In this document: positions 12,891 through 25,999 of the stretch, piece after piece
Layout of the letters: the number at the start of each line of letters is the position of its first letter
How positions within the stretch are numbered: position 1 is the stretch's first letter
Assembly (NCBI GenBank): GCA_965655095.1
Contig: OZ296648.1
Location: forward strand, 172,732,001-172,796,000
Origin: Haplodiscus bocki
Taxonomy: Eukaryota
Reading direction: 5' to 3'
Length of the DNA: 64,000 bases
Notes under the pieces: generated by a model
Database searches by the model: none
Seen by the model: only the letters and a program-made list of their open reading frames with translations
What the model was told of the DNA's origin: nothing
Made by a program: the position numbers and the translations under genes

Positions 12891-15800
12891 TCTGCTAACT
12901 CTCAATTTTACCCGATATTTCATCGCTTTATGTTTTTTAAGCTCAAGACTCAGCATTTTCAAACTTCATGAAGTCATTCGGCGTTGTTTATTGCTTTTCT
13001 TGCTGATATACCAACTTATTTTCTCATTTTTGCTTCTTTCTTCTCGACAAGCTCAAAATTTTTTTGAGGGCTCTGGTTTCTAATAGTTTAGTCAGTTGTC
13101 TAAAATGGGGCTCTATGGTTCAAATTGTTGAAAGTATGGATCCGGTGCAACTTTTTCAATGTATGGAAGTCCAAAAAGGAAATCATGGTCAACAGAGTTT
13201 CCTTAATCTGCACCATATTATGTTCCAATGTTGGTTTGTCTGGAATCAAACGAGATTTGGGTCTTCACAAAATGCAAACCATACTTTTCTCTTTATTATG
13301 GCCAATTTTGAATATTCATGTACGCCATACTCTTGTATAGGCAGTTTATGACGTTCATTGGTATATGAACACCATATACGGCACAGTATTTATTCCGTTT
13401 TTTTGTATGGTGGTCAACCTTGGATTTTTCAACAATTTTTTTTCAATGAAATCCGATTCGGTTTTATGTATCTAGCCCAAATTAAAATAGTAGTAATTTC
13501 TAGATACGTTGTTGTGGTGCAGATATTCTTGTTTCGTTTTTATTTTTGCGTTTTTTTCATTTTCGCGCACTTCTCTCTCATTTTTTTATTCCGATAATTC
13601 TGATGGTCCAAAATAAGGTTTGCAGCTGAAAGGCCATTCGGAAGCTATTGCAAAATGAATGTAAACAAAATTGCTTTTTATTCAATTTCATTTTTCTCCA
13701 GGTGCTTTTTGGATTTTCTGATGGAATAAAACTCTCCGTAGTGCAGCAAAATCCAGAGCCCCCTTGAAGCACGCAGCCTGTTGAGAACCTTCAGTGCAAA
13801 ACATGTTCGTTTTCGTTTACAAGGCACCTTTAAAGGTGGTTTCTTCAGTTATTCTACTAGTTTTTTGTTGTCTTCGATTACAGGTGTGCTAGGACTTTAT
13901 TTAATTCATGAAAAACGCTTGTTTTTTGCTGTGGTATTTTTTGATGATAGTTTTTTCGAGGGGTGGGTAGGTGGAGCAAATTGCAAGACTTTATGATAAT
14001 TGCGAAGACGGGGTGCCGCTTTTAAGTATATTAATTGCAACTAAATCCTCCTCTTTTGTTTCATAGCTTAATGCATGATTACGTAATTATTGTGGTTTTG
14101 TGGGGTATATTGAGACTTGGATGAATATAAAAGTCAATTATTTTGATAACTATTTATTAATGGGATTCCAGCTGATCTGTTGTGCTTCCGATCATATATA
14201 TTTGATATCCATTACTTAATTTATCTTGCAAAAGGGACGTCCTTTTCGTTGTTGGGCGGGGCATTTGTTGGTGCTGGATTAGCAAAAAGGTTTTGGGTGA
14301 CACGATCTTACGGGTAGGGCAGTTGGGTGAGTACGGCATTTTTTATGGGTGTAGGAAGCATGAAGCGGAAAAATTTGGGCAAATTTTAGTCATGGCTAGT
14401 AACAATAACGCGGGAAGAATAATTTGCATAGGCAATCAATTATTCGAACCAGATAGACATTTGACAGGGAGGCCTAATCGATGATTAGGGAATAAATTAG
14501 ACGGAAAAGACGTGTCTGCATGCCATTGTAGATGTATTGCATTCACCAATCTTCATTGCGATGTCTGCTGACGCAGTCTCCTCAGCGGTCACGGCGGCGC
14601 GAGAACTTGGAGCCGCTATCGTAGCGACATTTTCGCAAAAACTTTTCCCTTTTTGTTCCTCGCAACCAGCCAATTCTCTTCCGCCTAGCTGTGGCATAAA
14701 TCTGTCAACAGAAATCACAAGTAATCCATCCAACATGCCTCCCTAGGTGCCATCTTCTCTTATTCCAGTATATCCACAGCAACAAATTGCCTCACTTCTC
14801 CTGCTGTCGTCGTCTTTATGGCAACGTGAAAACAACACCTTTTCAACTTGCATCTATCCATCTTCCTTATTTGTTCAGCAAATTTTTTCCTAATGTTATT
14901 AACACCCCAAAAGGCCACCGCCAGGACTATCTATTACTGCCCAGCCAAATCAGTCCAATACTACATGTCCTATAGGCATACTCTTTGCTCACCTCCCATC
15001 CACGAAATCTGGGAATCTTGACACGGGTCTGCAAGGACAGGCAGTAGGTACAGGCAGGCTAGTAGTTGGTACCCCACCTTGCAAATCACTGGATTGCACT
15101 TCCATTCCTCCAATCAGCAGTCGTTTATCAAAACTTCCTACTGAAGTTATTCCCTAGCTATAACAAATTCAGGCGTCTGTGTTGAGATGACGTCACTTCG
15201 GGCGACTAGTTAGACTTGAAGACCGAAACAAATGCTGAGTAATTACAATCAACGTATACGAAGTGCAGCAGAGAAGAGCAATTATTTTTCCATCGAAGGC
15301 AATAATTTCAAATGGAAAATTTAGCTATGTTACCCCAACCGTCAAAAATTGATACCCCCGCCTTGAGCAGAAACCACCTGCCTCACAGTTAAAATATTTA
15401 TTTCTTTTATTTACTTGCTCCTACGTCACAAAGATGGAGAAAGTTATCCGTCTTTATTTTCATATTTATACACTCTTGCTGGTGAAGTCAACCGAAAAGT
15501 GAGGTGAATCGTTTATACAATATAATTCCATTCGAATTGATTTTGCAATCACTTGAATCTGGACGTTCTTTTTGAGCCTGGTTTGTCTTAACACCATAAA
15601 TCGGAAAAATGAGAAAGGATATCAATATATTGATGGGCTTACATTAAAAAGCAATACTAGGAAGTGCTGACAGGATGATGAAAGTGATGAAAATTGAATG
15701 ATGTTTGACAAACATTTAAAACAACAAACACAGCGGATTCTGTTTTTTTTTTGTTGACAGTTGCCTAAAAACAAAAATACCAACTTTTGAAACTGATCGA

Positions 15801-17559
15801 CCACTCATTTTAAATATTTCGCAATTTGCAAGTCAAAAACACCAAAAAACGGAAATTCTTGTCCCGAAAGCTAATCTGCAACGAAACTTCTGGTTTTTGT
15901 TTTTTTTTTGGGTTTTTGGTACTTTCCAAAATTATCGGAAAAAAACTTCTAGTACTTTTTGAATTCTTATTTACGGTGAATTTTTGAAGAACTATCTAGC
16001 ATTTGAACAGGAAAATACAACTTAGTGATAAAGGGTAACAGAAAATTTCTCGATAATTTTTGCCAAAAGGCCAACCAAGTTCAAGTTGCTTGAGAAAATG
16101 AGAAAAAAACTAGGTAAGAAACTTTATAAAAGTGAAATTTTTAACGTATTCATTGGACGTTTTCAGTCATTTCTGAAACTAATAATAAAAATGATGTTTG
16201 TGGTGGAATTTTAATTCAAAAGTAAGTTGGTTTGTTTTGAAAAAGTTCATGTTCCTAAAAGTTTGCTGTGGAAGTACTCAAAATTTCTAAAAGTGTTTGT
16301 TTCAACAGTCGAAAGTTCATGGTAAATGCAAAAAAGGTGCTAAAAAGCGAACTTTTCAGTAAACATTTGAAATCTCGACGTGATAGTTTCAAAAAGTACG
16401 CTCTTTGTCAGTTTCAAAGGTCTATAATTCTGCTTAAATCCGAAAACCAGACATTAAAATGAAACTTATGTTTCATGAATCAAACAAAAGAAGCGACAAT
16501 TGTCCAGAAGTCCAAAATTATACGAATTGGGAACCAATCTTTTCAAAACATGAAATATTGTTAAAAAAGCAATGTTTCGTTTTTAGTGAAAGATCTTGAA
16601 AACTCGAAAATCCGATCACAGGTGACGTCAGGTAAACTCTCTTTCAGAAATAAGAAAATTGATGATAAATTACTTTCAAGCTGGAATTATGACATAATAT
16701 TGAGCAATTTTCCAACAATTTATTCCAACTTGTAAGGTCACCAAAAGGCTATAAAAAGCCTGTCCAGGGTGCCTCATTCATGATAGTTGTTGCCTTGTTC
16801 ATTTTCTCCAAACTAACTTATACAAGCTCTGTGCCTAAATTACTTGCACAAATCCAAGTTATCGCATTCACAGATACCACGTTTCATTTGGAAATAATCC
16901 ATGAGAAAAGATTCTGTCATTGACACTAGTTTAATAAGTTTGTTTTTATCCATCTTGAGGGAAATCTTATCAAAGTTCATTTCTCAAATTTTCAGTTGCT
17001 TTGATATAACATTTCATGTCATGAAACAATGCGTCTTCGCAATATTCAACTATTTATCACCACCTATTACAAAATCAATCTCCCGTTTCTTGATGAAAAC
17101 ATTTATTTTTGATATTGAATGTCTTTTCAAATTCTTTTACTAGCATTTTTGGTCATTTCTAGAGATGAAGCTCCTTTATCCGTAAAATTTTGTCGGCGTA
17201 TCTTTATTTCCGGATACTGTCAGATTTACAGAGCCTGAAGTTAATACTCAACGCAGAATGCCGTTGCCTCTTCAAAATCCCTGAAATGACTTACACGCTG
17301 TTCGGTACACAAAGACTTCATCTTGTTAGATTGGATTTATATGTTTTTGGATGTTTTGATTAGCAGTTCTGGGGTAAGAGATTCTCGCAATTGGAACTGT
17401 AGGCATATGTTTTCAGCCTATTTCTTCTTTAACTATTGTATATGGTCTGAAAAATTGATTTTTTTCTGATAAATCCCCAAGATATTTCCAACTGTCCCGT
17501 TTTGTCCAATGCGCGCAATTAAATCAGTTATAGCTTTTCTTTTTTTCCGAAAAAACTTA

Positions 17560-18170
17560 CTGTGTTGGTCAATTTATCCTATTTCAAAAAACTGCCGCAA
17601 CTTCATTGTTTGTTCCACTGTGGATAGTAATGTCGTCCACAAAAAGAGTTAGCTGTGAGCTGACACGTACTTGTTATAAGTCAGCCGGTAAAATGGTGCT
17701 TAGATTTCGACACTTTCTATGATCTATGTTGAAGTTTCCGCAAAATTTTTTTGATGAAAATTGAATTTTTGTATTGAGGGAAGATCACTCCCGAGTTGTT
17801 CAAAGAATGATGCTATAAGATATTATGTTGATCAACATAAAGGTTATGAGGCAAGATTCTGTTCCTATAGCAACATTTTGCAAAATCTTTATTCTTTAAA
17901 GATTGGATTTTTTTCTTCCTTATAGTTTAAACCCTATGAAACCATCATTGCAACTCCTCCCCTACGTTTTTGTGCACGTTTACATGAGTGATTAGCTAAC
18001 CGTAGGCCTGTCATTTTTCTTTGGACAATTTATGAAGTATCTTCGAACCAAGTATCTGTTAACATCATTTTGTTGTGAAATTTGAACTTGTCAAACTTTT
18101 GAACGACTCAACTCACGTTTTGCATTAATGATTAAACAGTTTGGGGTGTCATCAGGCAAAGCAAAAGGCG
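17560..18170 (-). pseudogene. LINE APE endonuclease domain remnant
   Basis: Hand translation gives, in the expected order, CLIINA (~18,130), MMLTDTWFED (~18,050, like LTETW), KRRGGVAMMV (~17,950, like RGGGVAIYV) and FCGNFNID (~17,730, like GDFNID). Confidence 0.8.
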
Positions 18171-18490
18171 AAATATTCAAACTTTTTTCGTTTTGGTTTG
18201 TCAGTTGCACTTCAGCCTTTGTCTCATGCTTGATTCACCTGAATTTTCGAAACTACTTCAAAAAAGAAAGTACCTCTACGGAAGACAGGAAATCGAAGCG
18301 GTATCTTAAAGAGCGTTTTAACATTCTGATCCATGCTCTAACATGATGATATTCTTAGCAGAATTCTCGTAAGTGAAGATGTCTTTAGTGTACTTTACTA
18401 AGAAGAAAATCAACGTAAGAATTTCATTTCCATACTACTGTCTTATCTATTGTGTTGCGAACGTGAACATAGGAGCAGAATTTTCTTCCA

Positions 18491-18880
18491 TCATGACAAC
18501 ACATTGATATGCTCCAACTTTTCAGTCAAGTTTTCTACAATCTCTTCTTTTTCTCCCGCGGACAAATAAGTGTACAATATGATTGTTTTTTTTTCTGGTC
18601 TTTTGGACACTTCTTTCACCGTTTCAAACAAATGGTACGAGTAGAGGATGACAATTGAGTTGAACAAACTCTTGGTTTCTGGCGCCTTCAATTGTTTCGA
18701 AGAGTCAACAGATATATATTTGTTGCTATCATGTTTTTTTACAAAGCACCAACACTTTACAGTTATTCGCATTCGTAACACGATTGAGTTTGCCGCATTT
18801 TTTTCCTTAAAATCTGCCTCCAAGTTTCAAAGGCGTTCAATTATAGAGTTTTTCTTCTCAACGGATTTTTCTATACTTTC
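18491..18880 (-). pseudogene. LINE ORF1-like remnant
   Basis: ORF 18491..18823 has a coiled-coil-like start and the segment KKTIILYTYLSAGEKE, resembling the I.INEDLT..ER segment of ORF1 proteins. It lies just upstream of the APE domain. Confidence 0.45.
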
Positions 18881-19521
18881 AAGTTTCTTGGCGGTTGTTA
18901 GACTATATCTTTTTCATAATAATACAAAATTTCGAAAAGAACCGTTCTTTCAACTTCAATGGCAATGTGAGTTCAATAATAACAAGAAAACGACTGTTTT
19001 AAACAAAGAGACTTGAAAAAAAATCTCCGGGGTAACGAATCAACTTCCAAAAAAGCGAACGCCAAACTTTTACGAAGCAGCTTGAGAATTAAGATTTTGC
19101 TGGGCGAAGTAAGCAGCTCTTTGTTCAAAACTTAAGATGAATTATCGAAGTTGTTTGCGAAATAGCATCCAAAAATATCGAGAATGAAAAAAAAACAGAA
19201 TTTACTATACACTCCTGTTGAAAAATTAGAAATTTTAGCAACCCTAGTTGAACCTACATTGAAATTTTGGAAACTCCAATGATGTGCACAAACAAATAAT
19301 TTATAAACCGACTACGTACCCAATGACATGAGACGACTAGACATGAATCAGAAAGTAGTAGAAACAAGACTGCCGGCTAGCACCGGCATAATTTTCGCCC
19401 AACTACAAATATTTTGTTCAACTTTTCCAAACGGTTAAAAACAAAACTACTGTTTTGATATTAGTTTCCAAAGAGTTCTTACAAAGATCAATTCCACCAC
19501 TGATTTCTGTACTTTACTCAA

Positions 19522-19760
19522 AAGGGTATCACGATTTTCCGTTGAAAAATTTTCGTGTCACAGTGCCGAAAAATTTCGTAGGGGAACCCTTCTGATCTAA
19601 GTTTCAGAAAATTTCCGGTAGCGAAAAAGTTTACGGATAAGAGGGGCGAGTATCAAGATTTTCCGTCGAAAATTTTTTTGTCTCAAAGTGCCGAAAATTT
19701 TCGTAGGAACCCCTTAGTGTTTCACTAGTTTCGGGTATCGAAAAATGTTAGGGATAAATC
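19522..19760. repeat. Two diverged ~124-bp tandem units within a small non-autonomous repeat
   Basis: gtatcacgattttccgttgaaaaat...gtgccgaaaaatttcgtagg at 19,526 recurs as gtatcaagattttccgtcgaaaat...gtgccgaaaattttcgtagg at 19,650. Confidence 0.8.
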
Positions 19761-19769
19761 GTAAAAATT

Positions 19770-19845
19770 TCTGGCAGGGCAGTGACTCAAACCCTGAACG
19801 TACTGCTTGAGGACCTTGTTGTCCTAAGCCTACCGCTGTCATTTT
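19770..19845 (-). mobile_element. Degenerate tRNA-derived (SINE-like) head
   Basis: GC-richer ~75-nt island with a B-box-like ggtttgagtc on the minus strand. No clean cloverleaf. Confidence 0.35.
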
Positions 19846-20746
19846 TTTTGAATAAAAACAGTTGGAAATTTTGTTCTGAAAAAAAAACGACCCTACTGAA
19901 TGAATCACTTTTCTTGAACATTACATATACTGCGAAACAAATTACGCATTAGTTTATCAATGACGATTAAGAATATGAGGTACAGGTGTGCAAATACCAG
20001 CCGCAAACGAGTTCGCAAAAGCATCAACATTGAAAGCAATATCTTTGGCACCTCGGCAATGTCCATTGCGACTGATCGGCGGCCGGTATATGTGCCAATG
20101 CAACAAAAGTTGAAATTGGTCATTTCTGGACAATTTTAAATATACTTCGTGTATTTTTGATAATTAAAGCCTCAATGAAAAGTTGTTTGGACACAATTTG
20201 TACGTGAATGTTTCCTATTTGTCTTGGAATCATTAAATTATCAAATTTTCAGGAAAACTTTCAAATTGGTCACAAAATTGCTGTTTTTGCACAATGAACT
20301 TTGAAGTTACATGTTTTAGGATAGGTCATAAGACTTGTATTTTGGATATTTGCGATACCTACTCAATTTCAAAAAAATTCTTCCATGATAAAATAACAAA
20401 TTATCACAGGATTGAAGAAATTCTGGGAAAAATTTCTGGTACATAATTTCTCAAGGAGGTTTTCTCTTACTTAATAAAACTTCAAAAAAATCATGGGCAT
20501 CATCAAAATTTGCAAAAATTGATGAAGTAGATTGCGAATTGAGAGTGAAATGAGATCCATTTGGTAAAATAGCGTTAGTGAACACAGTTAAGCTCCATTT
20601 TTTGCAAACAATACTGTACTGCACGCTTGCTAGTGATACATATTACATCATTGACTCGTTGACCGTTATTCTATTGTTTGTTCTTGAATAACATCAACTC
20701 AACTTTAACTATTTTGGCTGGAAGGCGCTTTCCAATGACACAAGGG

Positions 20747-21480
20747 CATCTACTAATAAATGGGACTTCTGACAACGGGCAGAAAAAACTGGATAGATCT
20801 GCATTTACAAAAAATCAACTAAACATACCCAAGAGAACCTCAAAACATAAAATCAAAGCCCCTTGAAAACTCCTACCCTCAGAAACACTTAGAAAAACCC
20901 ACTAAATTTTGAAAAATTCAGTCTTACTTAATTACTACGGTGCCCCTGGCCGTAATTGCAACCTTTAATATTAACCTAAAAGCCTCTAAACACCTCCTAA
21001 AGATCACTTAAAAAATAGGTCAATTTCTATTGTCTAGAAAACATACGCACGCTTGTTTTCACGATGTGTATATTTTCACACACAGTTTTAGTGTCACACA
21101 AAAAATGACCCACTTTTAAAAATACAAGCATAAATACTCTTAATACCAGTGGTCAAATAGATCATTTTTTCACTGCTCGCAAAACTTTATACCAACGGTT
21201 TGTTCATTGCAAGACAAAAAGTTACTAACCAATTCTATTGAGCGTTCCTGGTAAAGAACGTAACTTAAAAAATAATAAGTTCATGTACAGATTTGCCGGC
21301 ATGCAAACTTTTTCCTCCCGATGGGAAATGCCACAGAATATGAGCTAATACACCATAACTGTGTGCCATTGAGACAAAAGATAGGCTAACTAGGTCTTTT
21401 GGGTGATATTAGCCTTTCGAAATACAATATTTTTTCTCAAATCAGTATCAATTTAGTGATTTGAGCAAAAAACAGTTTTT
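20747..21480 (+). repeat. Left terminal inverted repeat (~730 bp)
   Basis: Colinear with the reverse complement of 31,975-32,721. Shared blocks include aacggtttgttcattgcaa, ggtaaagaacgt, ccacagaat.tgagctaataca.cataactgtgtgccatt and tctcaaatcagtatcaatt. Confidence 0.92.
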
Positions 21481-24099
21481 TTATTGGTTTTCACGGAAAC
21501 ATGTGTTTTTAGCACCTTGTAACTGCTTAATGATGATTTAACACATAAATGAATCAGAAAAATATACTTTTCGCACCTTTTAGACGTGAGATGTTTTTGA
21601 AAAATGAAAAAATTACAAAAAAGAATGCATCTAAAGTAAAACGTGGGAGAAAAATTTTTTTTACTTTGTTTTTTTTTCAGCTATGTTTCGGTATATCTTC
21701 TTCGCGTTTTCTTAAAATATTCATTAAAACAAAATTTTTATACATGCTTTAAGAAGACCTTAAAAACAAAAACGGAAAAATCTTTTCAAAGAGCAAAGTC
21801 GTAAATATATGAAGTACACAGCTTATAGAATTTGTAATTCAACATTTCAAAGAATAGTACTTAACGCAATTTATAAGTTTTTTACGGAATCGTTTTTGTA
21901 ATGTGTGTGATTAATTTGGAAAAGAACCAGAAAACCGACCGTTTGCAAAGCGAAGATACGAAAGAAAATATACGATTGAAGTTAAAATTAAAGAAGAGAA
22001 ATTTCGTTATTGTGTATATTGTAAAATTTTTGTTAAAGTGTTTTTTGAAGGACATAGGTTTCTAAATAGTCATAAAGGGATTGATTTTTAAAATGATCTG
22101 GTGAGATCTAATATTAGTTTTGAAGGATATACTAATTTAGATTTTTTTGTGAAATTTGTGAAGAAGATATTATTGAAACAGTTCATAATGACCATAGTTC
22201 TTCAATGCAACATTTGTTCACTGATGATGATCCTAAGTGATGATGAAGATAAACTTTTTAGGATGAAATTTCATGATCAAGATCGTATCATTGTTAGTGA
22301 TAATGGAGAAGTAGAGTCCCCAAGCGAATTTAATAAATAAAGAATGAAAAATCGATTCTATCAGAAATTTATTATGTAAATGGGGTAGATAGTTTGCAAA
22401 ACTTGTGGTTTCAAATACAATCTTGGTACGGAATTCTCCCATAAATTAGGAAAGATGTATCTTCCATTAACTAAAAAATACTAATGTCATAACTATACTT
22501 CCTTAAAGACTTGAAACGAAACTACCCAAATATTGCAAAGGGAAAACTATGGTAAAATTCAACCCGACCACAAAAAAAAATCTATTTTCAGAAAAATTGA
22601 TTTTTAACATCATTAAAAAATTGGAAACATAAACAGCTTTGCGAATGATGAAAAAGAAGCTAATTATGTTATGAGACTAAATAAAAAAACCTTCAGTAAA
22701 ATCTAAAACAATAAAATATTGAGTTATATAGTTTATTATAACTTTTGCAGAAATGAGCTTTATCATAATGTATCTGAAAAACTAAACTATGAGACAAAAA
22801 ATTTGACAAAGTTAATCTTTCGCTACGTAAAATAAATATTCACAAAAATAAAATATCAGAACTTTTATATAAAACGTCTGCAGAGCAGACACGTCGTTTC
22901 GCAATCGCAAACACAAAAATAAATTAATTTTTCTGGAATAAACCTCAATGATTTTAAAGGAGAATTAAATGAAAATAGAGGGACAGAAAGAATCATAGTA
23001 GATGACCTTTCACTACACGAACAAAAAGACGGATCTTCAAAAGTAATTGATATGACATTCAATACTTACATTTCGAAATCAAAAAATTTATAGGCATTTC
23101 CATTAAAACTACAATACGAAAAATTTATGACGTATGATTAATTGTTATATTTTAAAATAAAAATGAATTCTGTAAGGATTATATTACCTTTGAGAAAACA
23201 CAAAGAGGAGGCCTAGAGACAGAAATAGTTGATAATAAATGAAGGTGGTTCAGAGAGCCACAGATTGAAATGCGTCGATTACACTTATCGAACTCGTTAA
23301 AAAAATATTTTGGAAAACCTACCAACATCATTTAAGAAAAGACTAGAAGTACCAAGCAAATTAGGATGAAAATCAAATAAAAACGAGAGAGATAGTCAAT
23401 ATACAAAAAAAAATATTTTTAAATTTACTCCCAACTAGAAGAATGCATTGGGTTAATTTAAATGAAAACTAATTTAATCCTCCGGGATTTTCCACCAAAT
23501 TTATGAACAGATTTTGTGATTATGTTAAAAGGAAAATGTTTTTTCTTGAATGTCAAATTCAAAAAAGAGGCAGTGTTTGTGGTGGAAAATTTTTATATTT
23601 TAATTACCTTACTAAAAGCTGAAAAGATTTTTAATCAGCTGTATTGTATTTGAATTTTAAAAAGGAAGGACAATAAAAATAGTTAGTAGTGTAAAATACA
23701 CCCCATAAATGAAAGTGATAACATTAACGATATGCTTGGGGCAAGTGTCACAAACAATTCGAAACGTAAATACACACAGTAAAAAGGGCAGCAAATCTGG
23801 CCATCCGTTCCGCAAAAAGAAGTTTTTTTTGAAAAAATGTCTTTTGAAGGATTTAGACTTATGAAATGAAGAAGTTCAAAAAACAGATGAGTTATCACCT
23901 TTCGTTGGAAAGAATTCACACCTATTCAATAATAAAAAAAAACAAGACTTCAAGATATTTTCGAATGCAATTGAACAAAGTCATTGGATACGTTCTCAAG
24001 GTTTACACCATTAAAATTAGAAAAAAAATGAATGATAGCTCTAATTGGTTTAGATTTACTAAACTCAGTTTTTAATACAATTAAATATAAAAATAGATT

Positions 24100-24660
24100 T
24101 GCAATTTACACACCCGGCCCCTGGGAAGATCTTGAAACTTTTACAAAACTGAAAGATTTAATAGAATATAATTAATTGAAGGAAATCGTTTTTCATATAC
24201 AGGAAACAAATAAAAGAGGATTAGAAATAAAAACAGTCAAAATAAAAAAAATAGTTTATCAGATCTTGATGATCTTTTTCTGAGAATGGATATGTAAAGT
24301 GGACTTTAAAAAACATATGAAATAATGGCATTGAGGATATAGCTCTTAGAATGAATTTAACATATAGTGAAAGAGATCCCATATTAAGGAACACTTATTT
24401 TGACGATGGAACCGAATCATTTTCGTTTCTATCTGTATTCTATGAAGTAAGGGAAATTAACAACACAAAAATGTGTCATACGAAAAAACTGAAAATTTAA
24501 TTTTTTAGTGAATGATATTGCAATGAAAAGTTTTATGACTATTCATTCTACTAAAGGCAATGAATTAAAATTTGATGAAAGATATTTCTTTTACGCAATA
24601 TCAAGGTTTACAGGAACAGAATATGATGTAGGAAGTTATACAAATGGAAACACTTTTTAT
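24100..24660 (+). pseudogene. Polinton minor capsid (penton/PX)-like remnant, 3'-truncated
   Basis: Hand translation FYEVREINN...VNDIAMKSFMT...ELKFDERYFFYAISRF follows the G.YEI.DIN...IDDI.LKS.L...F.E.SFF..ILGF pattern I associate with Polinton minor capsid proteins. Frameshifted. Confidence 0.5.
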
Positions 24661-24679
24661 GTTTAATTTGATTTAAACT

Positions 24680-25160
24680 TTTCCTTTTAACCAGTTTCCA
24701 GTACCCTTTCCAAACACAACTTTTTTAAGGACATTTCTAAACGTTTTGTTGAATTTTTCAGCGAACACTGGTCATTTGGAAGAAAAATGACTATGTCATT
24801 TACTAACATTTTTCTTGGAAAACTCGCTAAACAATTTGTTTACAGATTCTTTTCGCTTGGCTGTCCCAACGAAAATTGGTTTTCGTTTGGAGAGTAAAGG
24901 GATTATTTCTATTGAACCGTTCTTTGGTTTGATTGAATTCTTTTTCTATTGGAATAGTGCAACTGAAATTTTTGAGAACATATTGGTTACTACTAAAACA
25001 AAATTTATTTCGTGTTTCTTTAGTTTCGGTCCACTACCATCCAGGTATAATAAATCTAGGCTCCAAATACCATCTAAGTAATATATATCAGTTGTTTTGG
25101 TAAAATCATACTTTTTCAGGGGGGGGGGGGGTGGTAAAGATTTCATGTACAAAAATACCG
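24680..25160 (-). pseudogene. Polinton retroviral-type (rve, DDE) integrase remnant
   Basis: Reads YYLDGIWSLDLLYL...FVLVVTNMFSK (first D region), SKRKPIFVGTAKRKESVN (decayed TDRGKEF) and VFAEKFNKTFRNVLKK (AERFNRT). Truncated near 24,680. Confidence 0.85.
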
Positions 25161-25559
25161 GTGGTTCTCCTAACCATTTAGAGTAAAAAAAGTTATCATC
25201 GATTTCACGATGACCCAATGATACATTTTCACATTAACTAGAATAGTTTTTTTTATATTCAAATATGTTTGAAGCTATCTTTGGTCGTCTTACCATTGAA
25301 ATTTCATGTTTTCTATTTGTAAGCAAACAATTAACTCCATACAGAATTTCATTTTTTTCTATGCCTTTTTCTTTATCTAAAGTGTAAGTATTATGTGATT
25401 GAACACCTATATGTTTTAATTCAACTAAATGCGATAGTTTTCTTTAATTTTCCGTCAATTTTTTTTTCGAAAGGCAGATATCCAATTCAGTACTTGTCGT
25501 TTTTTCTCCTTTTCCTGAAATTGCCAATGATGGGCAGATTTCAAATCTACAGATTGGGT

Positions 25560-25637
25560 GTCTTGTATAGAAGAAGTGTCGGTTGTCACCGCCGTTTGGA
25601 AGCCGGAGGCGGCGGGTTCGATTCCCGCTATCGATCC
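25560..25637 (+). mobile_element. tRNA-like / SINE head with intact T-arm
   Basis: Perfect T-arm gcggg-TTCGATT-cccgc at 25,612-25,628 in a GC-rich island. Acceptor and D arms not evident. Confidence 0.5.
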
Positions 25638-25999
25638 TATTGTTTACGTCCTTTTAAATGCTTGTTAACACCTTGTTATTTTTTGAAAACGAAAGTTAGG
25701 GTTTTTCCAAGAAAAGATTTAGGAGTTTTTCAAAAGTGGAGTTTATTCCAAACTTATTAATTTTTTGACGTAACTGAAACAAACTTTTCTTTTCCAAATT
25801 TTCTGAAAAAAAAACAGCAAGAAAACTTCAAGTTTCCTGAAAAGAACCGAGAAAAAACTTCAGAATTGATACGTTTGTCAAAAAGTCTGTTATGGTTTGA
25901 CTATGGAATTAAATCTCTCAGCACCCTTTCTCAGTTTTTATGTTTTTCTTTTTTTATCTTGAATCATCCAAATTCAAAACCGGCCTGTTTTTCATGAAA

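Larger units (their letters stand above)
16700..19000 (-). mobile_element. Decayed non-LTR retrotransposon (APE-type LINE, CR1/L2/Jockey-like), ORF1 plus 5' part of ORF2
   Basis: Minus-strand APE motifs lie downstream of an ORF1-like reading frame. Many stops and frameshifts. Ends are approximate and no RT core was recognised. Confidence 0.7.

Noticed and set aside
13-13083. Dozens of MASYGTY.../LWHHMEP ORFs as a repeat-protein family
   Set aside because: They are translations of a 65-bp unit that is not a multiple of 3 and has one TGA per monomer. ORF length depends on random 1-bp indels, and most starts are GTG/TTG.
15175-15235. Hammerhead ribozyme / Penelope end (tgaaga...cgaaac)
   Set aside because: No CUGANGA core with the required stems could be built.
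25119-25131. G13 run giving poly-Pro
   Set aside because: Simple homopolymer expansion in a dead integrase gene.
25560-25637. Functional tRNA gene
   Set aside because: Only the T-arm is canonical. No acceptor stem or D-arm.
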